From Theionarchaea archaeon (lineage in GTDB: Archaea > Methanobacteriota_B > Thermococci > Methanofastidiosales > SZ-28-30), in the NCBI GenBank assembly GCA_018992685.1, contig JACVGT010000021.1, positions 32,001 to 96,000 of the forward strand: DNA of 64,000 nt. The letters run 5' to 3'. The notes beneath the pieces are model-generated. The model saw nothing but the letters and a program-made list of their open reading frames with translations. It did not search any database and had not been told where the DNA came from. Of this stretch, positions 48,068 through 60,694 are shown in pieces. Made by a program: the position numbers and the translations under genes. Numbering within the stretch: the stretch's first letter is position 1; each line of letters starts with the position of its first letter.

Positions 48068-49663
48068 TTATGTCAAATGTAACGTTCTAACGCTGTTGTT
48101 TCTCCGAGAGGTTTTTCTCCACCAGATTCCCATGATACGTTTCGATCTCCACAGACTATGTAGTTCTGAAATGATGAGTACCCGGTCAAAAATATCCACA
48201 ACATTAAACGAATTGCCAAAAAGACTCCTCACATACTGACCAGAAACGGCATTCGCATTGGAAATTACCGTATTGTCAACTCTGGATGCATAGGGATAGG
48301 AAGAATGGCCTGTAAGCACCAAATCTACCTGGAGGTCGCACAGTGTTTTCAAGACGTCTCCTGCATCTTCCAGTAGCCCCTTCTCTCTGATATGGGGCAA
48401 AGGAATGACGTTGTGGTGCAGGAACACGATGCTCATGTCCTGTTCCTGCTCTCTGATACCCCTTTCCAGTTTGGCCAGCTCGAATCGCCCTACAGCCCCC
48501 ACATCTGAATCATACTGAGAAGAGTTCACTGCATGCACATGAACCAGTGGGTTCTCAAAGTCCTGGTCCCATCCGCCTGCTAATCGGGGAAAGAGTTCAT
48601 ATCCAATATAGTTGATGTCTCGGGGCCCGGGCGTATATACTACGGGAGAACTGATCTGGCTCAAATACGTTTCTGCCAGATCGTAGTGGAGAGGAATTCC
48701 CGCCTCCACAATATCGCCGCAGTGGACCACAAGATCTGGTGAGAGAGCATTAATCTTTCTCACAGCATTTTCAAACTTTTTCCTCTCAAACATTTTTCGA
48801 TCCGAAAAAAAGGTACCTGCAATGTGAATTATTCGGGCCAGCTTCTTACCTTCTGAAATGAAGATCTCACTTGAGACACGGGGGTACTCATGTGGCTGAT
48901 ATTCCTGGAAGTGTTGTGGCCGAGACGGAGCGGTGTCACCAGCACTCCCATAGCACTGGGATCGTTCATTCCCTACTCTCCTGATGGTGATGGTGATCTT
49001 CTGAGGTGAAATGTCCACCTGGTTATAACTGCATGCATCTCCCGCTCTCACCTTCCTGCAGGACATGCAGCCCGCATTGCTGATGATCATGTCATCCACA
49101 TCGACCACATTCGGGTAGTGACGGTGGCCGGATAAAACGAGGTTTACATTATACTTTTGGAGTAAATCCATCAAATCTCCTGCATTGAACAGGACGTTTC
49201 TCTCTGTACCTGCCTTTGGAACAGGGACCAGGTGGTGATGGACTGCCACTATTTTTATCTTCTTTGAACTGTACTTCATCAGCTGAGTTTTCAACCAATT
49301 GAACTTGCTGCTTCCCACTCTGCCCTCATTGCGATCGGGAATGGAACTGTCCACGTAAAGGAGTACATAATCATCACCCTCTTTCACACCATTGAATTCC
49401 CCGTAGTACTCATTGAAAAGTTCGTATCCAACGTTACGTGAATCATGGTTTCCCGGGATAATCACAAGTGGCTTTTTTATCGTGTCGATGAAAGCCTTGG
49501 AATGTTCATACGCTTCCCTCAGTCCAGAGTCAGTCACGTCGCCTGTGTGAACCACCAGATCAAAAGGAAGGCGGTTAACCTCTTCCACGATCTGCGAAAA
49601 GGGTTCCTTCTTGAATTCTCCTCCAGGAGTGATGTGAGAATCCGAGATATGAGCAATTCTCAT
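48068..49663 (-). CDS. Tandem calcineurin-like metallophosphoesterase (intact N-domain, degenerate C-domain)
   Basis: Domain 1: DSH, GD, GNHD, HHH, GHRH; domain 2: HIAGT, GD, GPRD, HHN, GHSS. Confidence 0.88.
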   Translation of the reverse strand: MRIAHISDSHITPGGEFKKEPFSQIVEEVNRLPFDLVVHTGDVTDSGLREAYEHSKAFIDTIKKPLVIIPGNHDSRNVGYELFNEYYGEFNGVKEGDDYVLLYVDSSIPDRNEGRVGSSKFNWLKTQLMKYSSKKIKIVAVHHHLVPVPKAGTERNVLFNAGDLMDLLQKYNVNLVLSGHRHYPNVVDVDDMIISNAGCMSCRKVRAGDACSYNQVDISPQKITITIRRVGNERSQCYGSAGDTAPSRPQHFQEYQPHEYPRVSSEIFISEGKKLARIIHIAGTFFSDRKMFERKKFENAVRKINALSPDLVVHCGDIVEAGIPLHYDLAETYLSQISSPVVYTPGPRDINYIGYELFPRLAGGWDQDFENPLVHVHAVNSSQYDSDVGAVGRFELAKLERGIREQEQDMSIVFLHHNVIPLPHIREKGLLEDAGDVLKTLCDLQVDLVLTGHSSYPYASRVDNTVISNANAVSGQYVRSLFGNSFNVVDIFDRVLIISELHSLWRSKRIMGIWWRKTSRRNNSVRTLHLT

Positions 49664-49682
49664 GTTTATCCTGCATTCACGC

Positions 49683-50099
49683 CTATTCGCTGGAGATCAC
49701 TGTCTCCAAGAGCTGTCTTTCCGGATCTACAAGATCTTTTAAGGAAAATAGCCCTGTGATCTGTCCTCGTTCTGTGATGAGAACATGACGTATCTGGTGT
49801 TGTTGCATTAATTCAAGCACTTTAGATACGGGAGAGTCAATGTCAGTTGTGATGAGGTCCCTGGTCATGATGCTGGAAATGGGTTTAGCATAGGACAGTC
49901 CTTTAGCCACCACCCGCTCGATAACGTCCCCCTGGGTTAGGAATCCCACGACTCCTTCATTACACACTACCAGAGAACCTACCTTGAATTCCACCATTTT
50001 TCGACAGGCTTCCTGAATAGTTTCATGTTCAGATATGCCCACCAGTTTTCGTGTGGTGTACTGTCTGATGGGAACTGAAAGGTTATTAATATCATTCAT
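49683..50099 (-). CDS. CBS-pair protein
   Basis: Two CBS repeats (VGSLVV..GFLT..D; IRHVLI..GLFS..D); overlaps the pgk2 stop. Confidence 0.9.
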   Translation of the reverse strand: MNDINNLSVPIRQYTTRKLVGISEHETIQEACRKMVEFKVGSLVVCNEGVVGFLTQGDVIERVVAKGLSYAKPISSIMTRDLITTDIDSPVSKVLELMQQHQIRHVLITERGQITGLFSLKDLVDPERQLLETVISSE

Positions 50100-50973
50100 C
50101 CGTTGCAGCCTCCTTTTGAAGTTGATCATACATTCTATTTAAGATTTGAGTGACTGTCTCCTCTAACGCTATATTTTCCAGAACCGGAACCCTCTCTCTA
50201 TTAGCCCTCCCTACGATGTGGTCTTGTATCTGCCTGATCTTGTCAATATTCTCAAGGTAGTGTTCTGGAGGTCTTCTGCTGTCCTTTGCTCGAGCATAGA
50301 ACCTGTTCACGTGTTCCTCTCTGTCACTGAGGGTAAGAACGAAATGAAATATCGTCCGATCCTGACGTTCAACATACCCAGGGACAAGATGAATTCCTTC
50401 CATTACAAGACTGAACCCCTCGGTCAGTGCTCTGTTGATTATGGCATTAATCCCCACAGCAACATGAGATACCTGAAGCTCAAAAGCATAGATCACTGCA
50501 CTCAAAAATGAAGAAGGAGCCTGAATTTCTTTCCATGCGGAAAATGAGGACGTGTGAAGAGTGGGGAGTAGATCCCGTGAGACCATTTTCCGCATGACCT
50601 CACGCACGACGTCTGTCCCAATAATGGAATGAATCCCCAGTCGATAGCTGATTTCAAAGGCTACCGTAGATTTCCCGATGCCTGTGGCACCTCCCAGAAG
50701 AACAACAAGTGACTGTTTTTTCTTTCTCAGTGAATGCCACATCTGGTAGAACGAGGCGATACGTGGGTACCCGTCATCTATCAGGATGTGGTAAGTCATG
50801 TCAGTGAGATCTTGTTCAGAGATCCGGGAGATTCCTGAGGTCACCATTCTCTGCCCAATTTCCTCTGCCATTTTGTAGGCCCTGTTCACATCCAGCCCTG
50901 CTTTCAACAAAGATCCGGCCAGGACACCCTTTGAAAATGGAGTTACATACTTCTTGCCTACTACTTCTATCGT
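50092..50973 (-). CDS. pgk2: 2-phosphoglycerate kinase (probable ACG start)
   Basis: N-terminal ATP cone PFSKGVLA.SL, GGATGIGKST, TDVVREVMR, LHTSS and EGIHLVPG. Confidence 0.92.
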   Translation of the reverse strand, partial: TIEVVGKKYVTPFSKGVLAGSLLKAGLDVNRAYKMAEEIGQRMVTSGISRISEQDLTDMTYHILIDDGYPRIASFYQMWHSLRKKKQSLVVLLGGATGIGKSTVAFEISYRLGIHSIIGTDVVREVMRKMVSRDLLPTLHTSSFSAWKEIQAPSSFLSAVIYAFELQVSHVAVGINAIINRALTEGFSLVMEGIHLVPGYVERQDRTIFHFVLTLSDREEHVNRFYARAKDSRRPPEHYLENIDKIRQIQDHIVGRANRERVPVLENIALEETVTQILNRMYDQLQKEAATDE

Positions 50974-52313
50974 GTGATCCCCTCCTCAGCCTTTCTTGCC
51001 AGCTGGACAATGGCATCCTCCAAGCTGGTGACAGTTCCTCCTCGAAGGCGGGGAACGTTATCCATGAACACGACATTGCGGTCGAATTTCAAAGCCTCTC
51101 GCGTGGCCACATCAATGGCAGAGGCCTTTATTTCAGTAAGGAGAGTATCTGCCTGGGGAAGGAATTGGTTCAGGTCTTTCTTTAATCTCGGTCGATTAGA
51201 AAGATGGGGAGAAGCCTTTACTATTTCACAACTGAAGGTTTGTTCGAGGTAGGGTACCAGAGTAGATTCCAGGACTGAGGGGGGCGCCGTGGTAGCCAGG
51301 AATACTTTTCTACCTGAAATGTCTTTCAGGGGTACCGGCCTGAACACGCAGTGTGCCTGGGGGAGTTCGGGCTTGATTTCACTAATTGCTTTTTGCATCT
51401 CTGCCACTTTTTGCGGCGAAGCCATGGGTTCTTCACACATCATGAGGATGAGCAGATCGGCCATGAGAATTCTAAAGGGACCGAAGTACTCGTTGATGAA
51501 TTCCAATGGTTGATGCGCTCCTGCAATCACGATGCAGCAATCTGTATTCACAGGAGGGAAGGTGGTGCCTGACCCCTCTAGTATTACGAAGGTTGCTTCC
51601 AGTGTATTTGCCAGTTGGGCTCCTTTTTCCATATTAGATGAAAAAGGAACTCCAGCCATTCCACCACCACATCGCCTGCATCCGACTGTTGCTACGCGGG
51701 AAATAAGAGCATTCTCCCAGTGGTCTGACGCAGCGTGCTTTCCCTGATTTGCCTGTTTCAGTAGATACGAAGGAGTGAGTTCGATGGTGTCACCTCTGAT
51801 GATTTCGGGCTGAGCTGGACCTCCCCTTCCCATCGTCACAATCCAGGGAATATAACCTGAAGCCTTGAGTGTTCGGGCTATGTATCCCGAGACAGCAGTT
51901 TTTCCCACCCTCTTTGTTGTCCCCACCACGGAAAAACTGGGACGTTTCAGAATCTTTGGGTATCTTGGAGGTGTAAACAGGAAGTCTGATCCCTTGTATT
52001 GGACTCCTTCTTTCATGAGCGCACAGGCGAGATGTAACCTGCTGACGTAGTCCATAATCGGCTCGTCTGAAAGATCCACAACTTGCTCAATCTCATGAGC
52101 CGAGCAAGCTGTCACAATAACGTCGTGAATATCTCTTGACTGGTTTCCTCTGTAGATAGGAATATCAAGATGTGCTGTCAATTCCTCAATGCTACCGACT
52201 TTTTCCGTTCCTCCCAAGAAAACAGCAGCTCTCACGTCACCTTCAATAGTTGCCAACGCATCTTTCGTTACTGGTGGATAATGTTCGCCGTCTATGAGGG
52301 CAAGAATATTCAT
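50967..52313 (-). CDS. cpgS: Cyclic 2,3-diphosphoglycerate synthetase
   Basis: LIDGEHYPPV, DLSDEP, KRVGKTA, MGRGGP, HAASD, GCRRCGGG and EIKA.AID. Confidence 0.95.
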   Translation of the reverse strand: MNILALIDGEHYPPVTKDALATIEGDVRAAVFLGGTEKVGSIEELTAHLDIPIYRGNQSRDIHDVIVTACSAHEIEQVVDLSDEPIMDYVSRLHLACALMKEGVQYKGSDFLFTPPRYPKILKRPSFSVVGTTKRVGKTAVSGYIARTLKASGYIPWIVTMGRGGPAQPEIIRGDTIELTPSYLLKQANQGKHAASDHWENALISRVATVGCRRCGGGMAGVPFSSNMEKGAQLANTLEATFVILEGSGTTFPPVNTDCCIVIAGAHQPLEFINEYFGPFRILMADLLILMMCEEPMASPQKVAEMQKAISEIKPELPQAHCVFRPVPLKDISGRKVFLATTAPPSVLESTLVPYLEQTFSCEIVKASPHLSNRPRLKKDLNQFLPQADTLLTEIKASAIDVATREALKFDRNVVFMDNVPRLRGGTVTSLEDAIVQLARKAEEGITR

Positions 52314-52376
52314 CAAATGAACTTGTTTAGTATGTATTTAAGGGTTCGCTTGAGAAAGAAGGGACTTCTCATACCT

Positions 52377-52763
52377 TTTCCCGTGGAACGAACCACGGGC
52401 TTGAGTTCTTATATTACTAGTTATTTGCGGACGAGGGGGCTTGGTTGATTCTGCTAGTTGAGATGGGGTGTGACGAGGACCGTAAAATAGGAGTGAAGTA
52501 ATTCGTTAGGAACGGGAAGGTGATTATTGAGTCTCGGAGAGGTCTTGATTGATTGTTTTTTGAGTGGCTGCCCTACCCCTTTATTTCCTGTGGAAGTGGG
52601 GAAGAGGAAATGGTCGCTTATGTAGTGATAGAAGAATGAAATGGTTACTTGGTTAAAAAAGATTGTACGCTTATAAAGATTCCTAACGAAAATTACTGCG
52701 CACCTAGCCGCGAAGTTACTTATCTTCTTATAACCCGTCATATTCCAGTGGAAATGAAGGGGG
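52377..52763. other. Probable replication origin (oriC) with ORB elements
   Basis: ORB TTCCAGTGGAAATGAAGGGGG (+, 52743-52763), ORB TTCCACAGGAAATAAAGGGGT (-, 52575-52595), mini-ORB GTTCCACGGGAAA (-, 52377-52389); AT-rich spacer; directly upstream of cdc6. Confidence 0.85.
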
Positions 52764-52812
52764 CGGAGGAAGGCTTAAATAGGTTTATCATGAAGGTGAC
52801 AACGGTGATACA

Positions 52813-54102
52813 TTGGAGGGTCAGAGATCATTGGACCAGCTCTTTGATGAGCTCTTGATTCAAAGGAAGATTTTCAAAAACAAGGAAGTGCTTCGCGACC
52901 ACTATACTCCCTCACTGCTTCCTCATAGAGATCTGCAAATTGATGAACTTGCTACTATACTTGTATCTGTAATGAAGGGTGAGACCCCTTCTAATATCTT
53001 TATTTATGGTAAAACGGGAACGGGCAAGACAGCTGTTACCATTCATGTAGGAGAAGCGTTGGTAAGAAAAGTAGGTGGATGTTGCTATATCCGTCCATAT
53101 GGAACAAAACTGGAGATAAAAAAGCCGGAAATGCGCATTCCTGTTTGGCTCATCTACACGAATTGTGAAATTGTAGATACTCAGTATCGGCTGCTAGCAA
53201 AGCTTGCAGAGTACATGGGGCAGTCAGTACCTTTGACTGGGTGGCCCACAGACAAAGTGTATGAAAGCTTTGTCCGCGCCCTGGACAAAGAGGAACGATT
53301 GGTGATTGTGGTCTTGGATGAGATCGATCGACTGCTCAAGAAAGGAAGCGATAGTGTCCTTTACAATTTGACACGCATCAACTCAGATCTGAAACGAGCC
53401 AAAGTGAGTATTATTGGAATTAGCAATGACCTGAACTTCGTGGAGTTTCTGGATCCCAGAGTGAGGAGTTCTCTGGGAGAAGAAGAATTGGTGTTTCCTC
53501 CGTATTATGCCCAGCAATTAGTTGACATTCTTTCCCATCGGGCAGAAGAGGCTTTTTTCGACAATGCACTGGATCTTGGGGTTATCCCACTGTGCGCTGC
53601 ATTTGCAGCTCAGGAACATGGTGATGCACGTCGCGCTCTAGACTTCTTGAGGATAGCAGGAGAAATTGCTGAAAGAGACAGAGCCTCTCGCGTGACTGAG
53701 AAACATGTGCGTATTGCCAAGAACCGCATTGAACAGGACAGGGTGACGGAAGTCATCAAGACCTTTCCCACCCAATCAAAGTTTGTACTGTTTGCCATAC
53801 TGCTTCTGGAGAAGTACAATGCTTCAGCCATTACCACGGGAGAAACGTACAACGTGTACAAGGAACTGTGCAGACAATCAAAGATGGACATTCTCACTCA
53901 GAGGAGGGTATCTGATATTATCAGCGAAATGGACATGATGGGGATAGTGAATGCAACGGTGGTCAGCAAAGGGCGATATGGAAGAACCAAGGAAATTCGG
54001 CTGGGAGTTCCAATGAGCCAGGTAAAGAATGTTCTGGAGAAGCACCACAAGATAGAACGAATTTCTAACTTTGTACCCCCTATTCAACGAAAACTTGTCT
54101 AG
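52813..54102 (+). CDS. cdc6: Orc1/Cdc6 replication initiator
   Basis: YGKTGTGKT, LDEID, GDARRALD and SKGRYGRT. Confidence 0.97.
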   Translation: MEGQRSLDQLFDELLIQRKIFKNKEVLRDHYTPSLLPHRDLQIDELATILVSVMKGETPSNIFIYGKTGTGKTAVTIHVGEALVRKVGGCCYIRPYGTKLEIKKPEMRIPVWLIYTNCEIVDTQYRLLAKLAEYMGQSVPLTGWPTDKVYESFVRALDKEERLVIVVLDEIDRLLKKGSDSVLYNLTRINSDLKRAKVSIIGISNDLNFVEFLDPRVRSSLGEEELVFPPYYAQQLVDILSHRAEEAFFDNALDLGVIPLCAAFAAQEHGDARRALDFLRIAGEIAERDRASRVTEKHVRIAKNRIEQDRVTEVIKTFPTQSKFVLFAILLLEKYNASAITTGETYNVYKELCRQSKMDILTQRRVSDIISEMDMMGIVNATVVSKGRYGRTKEIRLGVPMSQVKNVLEKHHKIERISNFVPPIQRKLV

Positions 54103-54307
54103 GTTCACTCTACTTTTCCATTGATTTGACGATTCAGTTTTCTCATTTTCTTTTCTTTGGGTTCATGACACCGGATAGGGTAACCCTTCTTGTATGACAG
54201 GGACCATCTTCCCCTCTTTCACAGACTCTCACATGGCTGAGGTTCAGAAGCATTTTTTTTCCTAGGCTATAGGCTACTACCATAACCGTAACATTTATAT
54301 AATAGAC

Positions 54308-54320
54308 TAACTTCAAGTTA
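54308..54320. promoter_or_regulatory. Palindromic Phr-type heat-shock operator
   Basis: TAAC-N5-GTTA immediately downstream of the TATA box (54294-54301) of the phr-dnaK operon. Confidence 0.7.
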
Positions 54321-54326
54321 AGATAA

Positions 54327-54998
54327 GTGATGCTTATGATTTCATCAGAACAACTTCTGGACGTACTGGGAAACGAAACACGGAGGATGATACTGGAACT
54401 GCTGGCAGAAAAGCCACGATATACTACAGAAATTGCCAGTTTGTTGAATATCGGTCAAAAGGCCATCAATGATCATCTCAAAATTATGTCTGACTTCGGC
54501 ATAATTGAGACGTACGTCCAAAAGCAGCAGAGAGGTTCTCCTCGAAAGTATTTCCAGGTCAATGAACGGTTCAAACTTGAATTTACATTGACTCCTGGAT
54601 TGTTCCGGATTTATGTGTTGGAACCTAGAAGTGATTGGAAATTCATCCTTGAGGAGTTTCCTGAGTTTAAAGAGCTGCAAAAAGAAGTGGAGCAAATACA
54701 GAAACTGAGGCAGATCGAGCAACATCGAAAGGTGTGCAGAGATCTGGTTCAAGAACTGGATCGACTGACACAGGCAAAAATGTATATTGAAAACCTGCTG
54801 GCAAGGACAAGAAAGCGGTGTATGATGATCATAGATTCTCTGGATCTGCCGCCTGTAGAGAGCAGGGTACTCTTTGAGGTGGTAACTGGAAAAGAAGGTC
54901 TCACTGTGGAGGGTATTGCTGAAAAGTGCAAAATTTCTACAGAAGAAACTGTACAGGCCCTGCAGAACCTGGAACAGAAAGGTGTGGTGAGATTATGA
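54327..54998 (+). CDS. ArsR-family heat-shock repressor (Phr-like)
   Basis: LLDVLGNETRR.IL..L..P.Y..EI...L.IGQKA..HL and RG.PRKYF match Pyrococcus Phr; start may be 54336. Confidence 0.85.
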   Translation: MMLMISSEQLLDVLGNETRRMILELLAEKPRYTTEIASLLNIGQKAINDHLKIMSDFGIIETYVQKQQRGSPRKYFQVNERFKLEFTLTPGLFRIYVLEPRSDWKFILEEFPEFKELQKEVEQIQKLRQIEQHRKVCRDLVQELDRLTQAKMYIENLLARTRKRCMMIIDSLDLPPVESRVLFEVVTGKEGLTVEGIAEKCKISTEETVQALQNLEQKGVVRL

Positions 54999-55531
54999 GT
55001 GTTATGTTCTGCGTGTATTGTGGGAATTATCTCTCGCAGACATGGCGGTACTGTCCATATTGTGGGAGGAAAATCTCAGGTGAATCAGAGTTGTTCGATG
55101 CTTTGTTCAGGAATGAGGTCAGGGGGATCAGCATTCAAATTATTTCAGGAGGCTTCAGAAGACAGGAGACGCGAAACAAGGCGGAACGATGGAGGATCCC
55201 TATTGAAGAATCCCAGGACAGGAATGAAGAGCATACCTTGAAGGTAAAGGACAGAAAGGGTGAACGCATCGGGGCTGAATCCCTCGTTGTGCCCAGGCGA
55301 GTTGAGGAGCCCGAAGGCAGGATTCACAGAATTGGGCAGCACTGGATAATCAGGGTTACTTTGCCTGGAGTCAGGAAAGAGAATATTGATGTACGAAAGC
55401 TGGAGACATCAATTGAAGTGAAGGCACACAAAAATGGTGAAGCATATTTTAGACAATTCGAAGTGCCAGAATCTGCACGAATCATCTCACAGCACATGGA
55501 AGGGGATGAACTCGTTGTAGAAGTGGGGTGA
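54995..55531 (+). CDS. Hsp20/alpha-crystallin-like protein with N-terminal zinc ribbon
   Basis: CVYC..CPYC and LPGVRKENIDV..SIEVKA; ATGA overlap with phr. Confidence 0.8.
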   Translation: MSVMFCVYCGNYLSQTWRYCPYCGRKISGESELFDALFRNEVRGISIQIISGGFRRQETRNKAERWRIPIEESQDRNEEHTLKVKDRKGERIGAESLVVPRRVEEPEGRIHRIGQHWIIRVTLPGVRKENIDVRKLETSIEVKAHKNGEAYFRQFEVPESARIISQHMEGDELVVEVG

Positions 55532-55532
55532 C

Positions 55533-56111
55533 ATGATGGATAAAAAAGAGCGCAGTGGCATGCAGCCTGAAACGAATGCCCAGCCTGCAGATGACGAGGG
55601 AGAACCCGTATCTGAATCCATTGAGGTCCCACCTCAATGTCAGGAAGAGATCGATGCATTATGCAGAGAGATTGAGGAACAGGATCGTACGGTGAAGGAG
55701 TATCTTTCCACCCTCCAGAGGTTGCAGGCTGAATTCGAAAATTACAAGAAAAGGGTGGAACGAGAGCGAATTGAGTATACAGAGCAGGCAAATACAGCCT
55801 TGCTTGAGAAATTACTTCCCGTTCTGGATAATTTCGAGCGAGCATTGAATGCAGAGAGTTCTGACATCCACTCATTGAGGAAGGGCCTCGAGATGATCTT
55901 CTCGCAGTTCAGAAAGATACTGGAGGGAGAGGGACTTTCATCCATCGATGCTCTAGGAGAAGAATTTGATCCTTACTATCATGAGGCCGTCTTGGTAGCA
56001 TGCGGCGATTATGAAGACGACACTGTTATTGAGGTGCTGGAGAAGGGATATATGTTTAAGCATCGCTGTCTCCGGCCTTCAAAAGTTAAGGTGGGAAAGA
56101 GAGGTGATTAA
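55533..56111 (+). CDS. grpE: Nucleotide exchange factor GrpE
   Basis: AEFENYKKR, LLPVLDNFERA, FDP..HEA and LRPSKV. Confidence 0.97.
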   Translation: MMDKKERSGMQPETNAQPADDEGEPVSESIEVPPQCQEEIDALCREIEEQDRTVKEYLSTLQRLQAEFENYKKRVERERIEYTEQANTALLEKLLPVLDNFERALNAESSDIHSLRKGLEMIFSQFRKILEGEGLSSIDALGEEFDPYYHEAVLVACGDYEDDTVIEVLEKGYMFKHRCLRPSKVKVGKRGD

Positions 56112-59158
<3,047 letters not shown>

Positions 59159-59354
59159 TTCTGGAATCCTTGCTGAGTTAGAGATCTGCACGTTACTCAC
59201 AGGGTTCCAAGAGGACTACTATCACGTTCCTGTATGCGGACATGAAACGTCATGTGAAAGATGCAAGTCCCTTCTTTTAACGCTCGGTCAGAGTACCTTT
59301 ACTTTTCCAATGCTCTCGGACAAGTCACTTAAAAAGACCAATCCAGGTCTTCTC

Positions 59355-59588
59355 ATGCACTATGAACTGGTAGCTCAATGTAATGCAGTAGAAAGACACC
59401 ACGTGATTCAGAAAATAGAGATGACTGGAGGACGAATCAAGGATATCCTGGAAGATGAACACGGGCTGCTGCTATTCATTGAATATGATGAACCACCAAT
59501 CCCTCGAAAAGGGCGCCTGATGGAGGTTTTGAGCGGCATTCTCTCGCAGATTGGGGATGGCGTTGCATTCCCCACTCCCTCAGCATAA
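59355..59588 (+). CDS. Small hypothetical protein
   Basis: Protein-like ORF filling the intergenic gap; start 59310 or 59355. Confidence 0.5.
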   Translation: MHYELVAQCNAVERHHVIQKIEMTGGRIKDILEDEHGLLLFIEYDEPPIPRKGRLMEVLSGILSQIGDGVAFPTPSA

Positions 59589-59620
59589 ACCCTTATATTG
59601 TTTCCGGATTCTCTTTTCTC

Positions 59621-60361
59621 ATGCTCTACTTAATTGGACTGGGTTTGAATGGTGATCTCACACAGGAGGGAGTTGCAGCTGCAAGAAGGTGCCGTGTCTA
59701 TGTTGAGAAATATACCAGCCTTCTCACAAGTTCGATTGAAGAGATCGAGAGGGTTCTGCAACGGACCACGGGCACCCTGTCCAGAAGAGACATTGAGGAG
59801 ACTGACAGGTTGCTCAGAGAAGCCGAAACAACTGATGTCGCACTTCTGGTGGTGGGGGATCCAATGGTAGCCACAACTCATTCTGAAATTATTATTGAAG
59901 CAAGAAAACGGAATATACCCACGAAAATTATTCATAATGCTTCTATTTACTCTGCAATAGGTGAAACGGGCCTTCAGATTTATAAGTTTGGCCGGACAGC
60001 AACGATTCCCTTTCCACAAGAAGGGTTCAATCCCACCAGTTTCTATGACATCATTGAAAAGAATAGGAGCATAGGAGCACATACGCTTGTCCTTCTGGAT
60101 ATTCAGGAAGACAAAAGAAGGTACATGAACCCTACGGAAGCGATGGAGATTCTGGACCAGTTACGATTTTCTGGTAATCTGATTTGCATTTCTCGTCTCG
60201 GTTCCGACAGCCAGCAGATTCTCTATGGTGACATCTCCACCCTCCTTTCCATTGAGAAGGATCACTGGGGACAACCTCCTCACTGCCTCGTAATTCCATC
60301 TTCTCTTCACTTCAAGGAAGAAGAGTCTCTGGAAGCCTTTAGTATAGAGGTGAGCACATGA
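59621..60361 (+). CDS. dph5: Diphthine synthase
   Basis: LYLIGLGL, GDPMVATTH, GLQIYKFG and HTLVLLD. Confidence 0.96.
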   Translation: MLYLIGLGLNGDLTQEGVAAARRCRVYVEKYTSLLTSSIEEIERVLQRTTGTLSRRDIEETDRLLREAETTDVALLVVGDPMVATTHSEIIIEARKRNIPTKIIHNASIYSAIGETGLQIYKFGRTATIPFPQEGFNPTSFYDIIEKNRSIGAHTLVLLDIQEDKRRYMNPTEAMEILDQLRFSGNLICISRLGSDSQQILYGDISTLLSIEKDHWGQPPHCLVIPSSLHFKEEESLEAFSIEVST

Positions 60362-60651
60362 AAGAGGTTACAGAGGAAAAAATCACCACCTACCTCGCCA
60401 TCACAGAGAAGGCTCTATCAGTGCTGAAGGTCCTGCCTCCAGAAGGTTCCACACTGCGGAAAGTTGCCGAAGATATCCTCATGATGGCAACGTCATACTT
60501 CAATGACGCTCGCTACTACAAAGAGAAAGCCGACTATGTGACTGCCTTTGCCTGCGTCAATTATGCACATGGATACATAGACTCGGGGGTTAGAATGGGA
60601 CTGTTCATGGGAGATGGCAGCGGACTCTTTGCATTTGAACCCGCAGATTGA
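60358..60651 (+). CDS. DUF357 domain protein
   Basis: MA.SY..DA.YY..K.D.V.AFA..NYAHG.ID.G. Confidence 0.9.
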   Translation: MKEVTEEKITTYLAITEKALSVLKVLPPEGSTLRKVAEDILMMATSYFNDARYYKEKADYVTAFACVNYAHGYIDSGVRMGLFMGDGSGLFAFEPAD

Positions 60652-60694
60652 ATCTTGACGTTCAAGGAATGCAGTAGCCTGAACCGGCGGATCA

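Noticed and set aside
59235-59270. Hairpin ACATGA/TCATGT followed by GAAA as a hammerhead
   Set aside because: No CUGANGA core and no supporting stems
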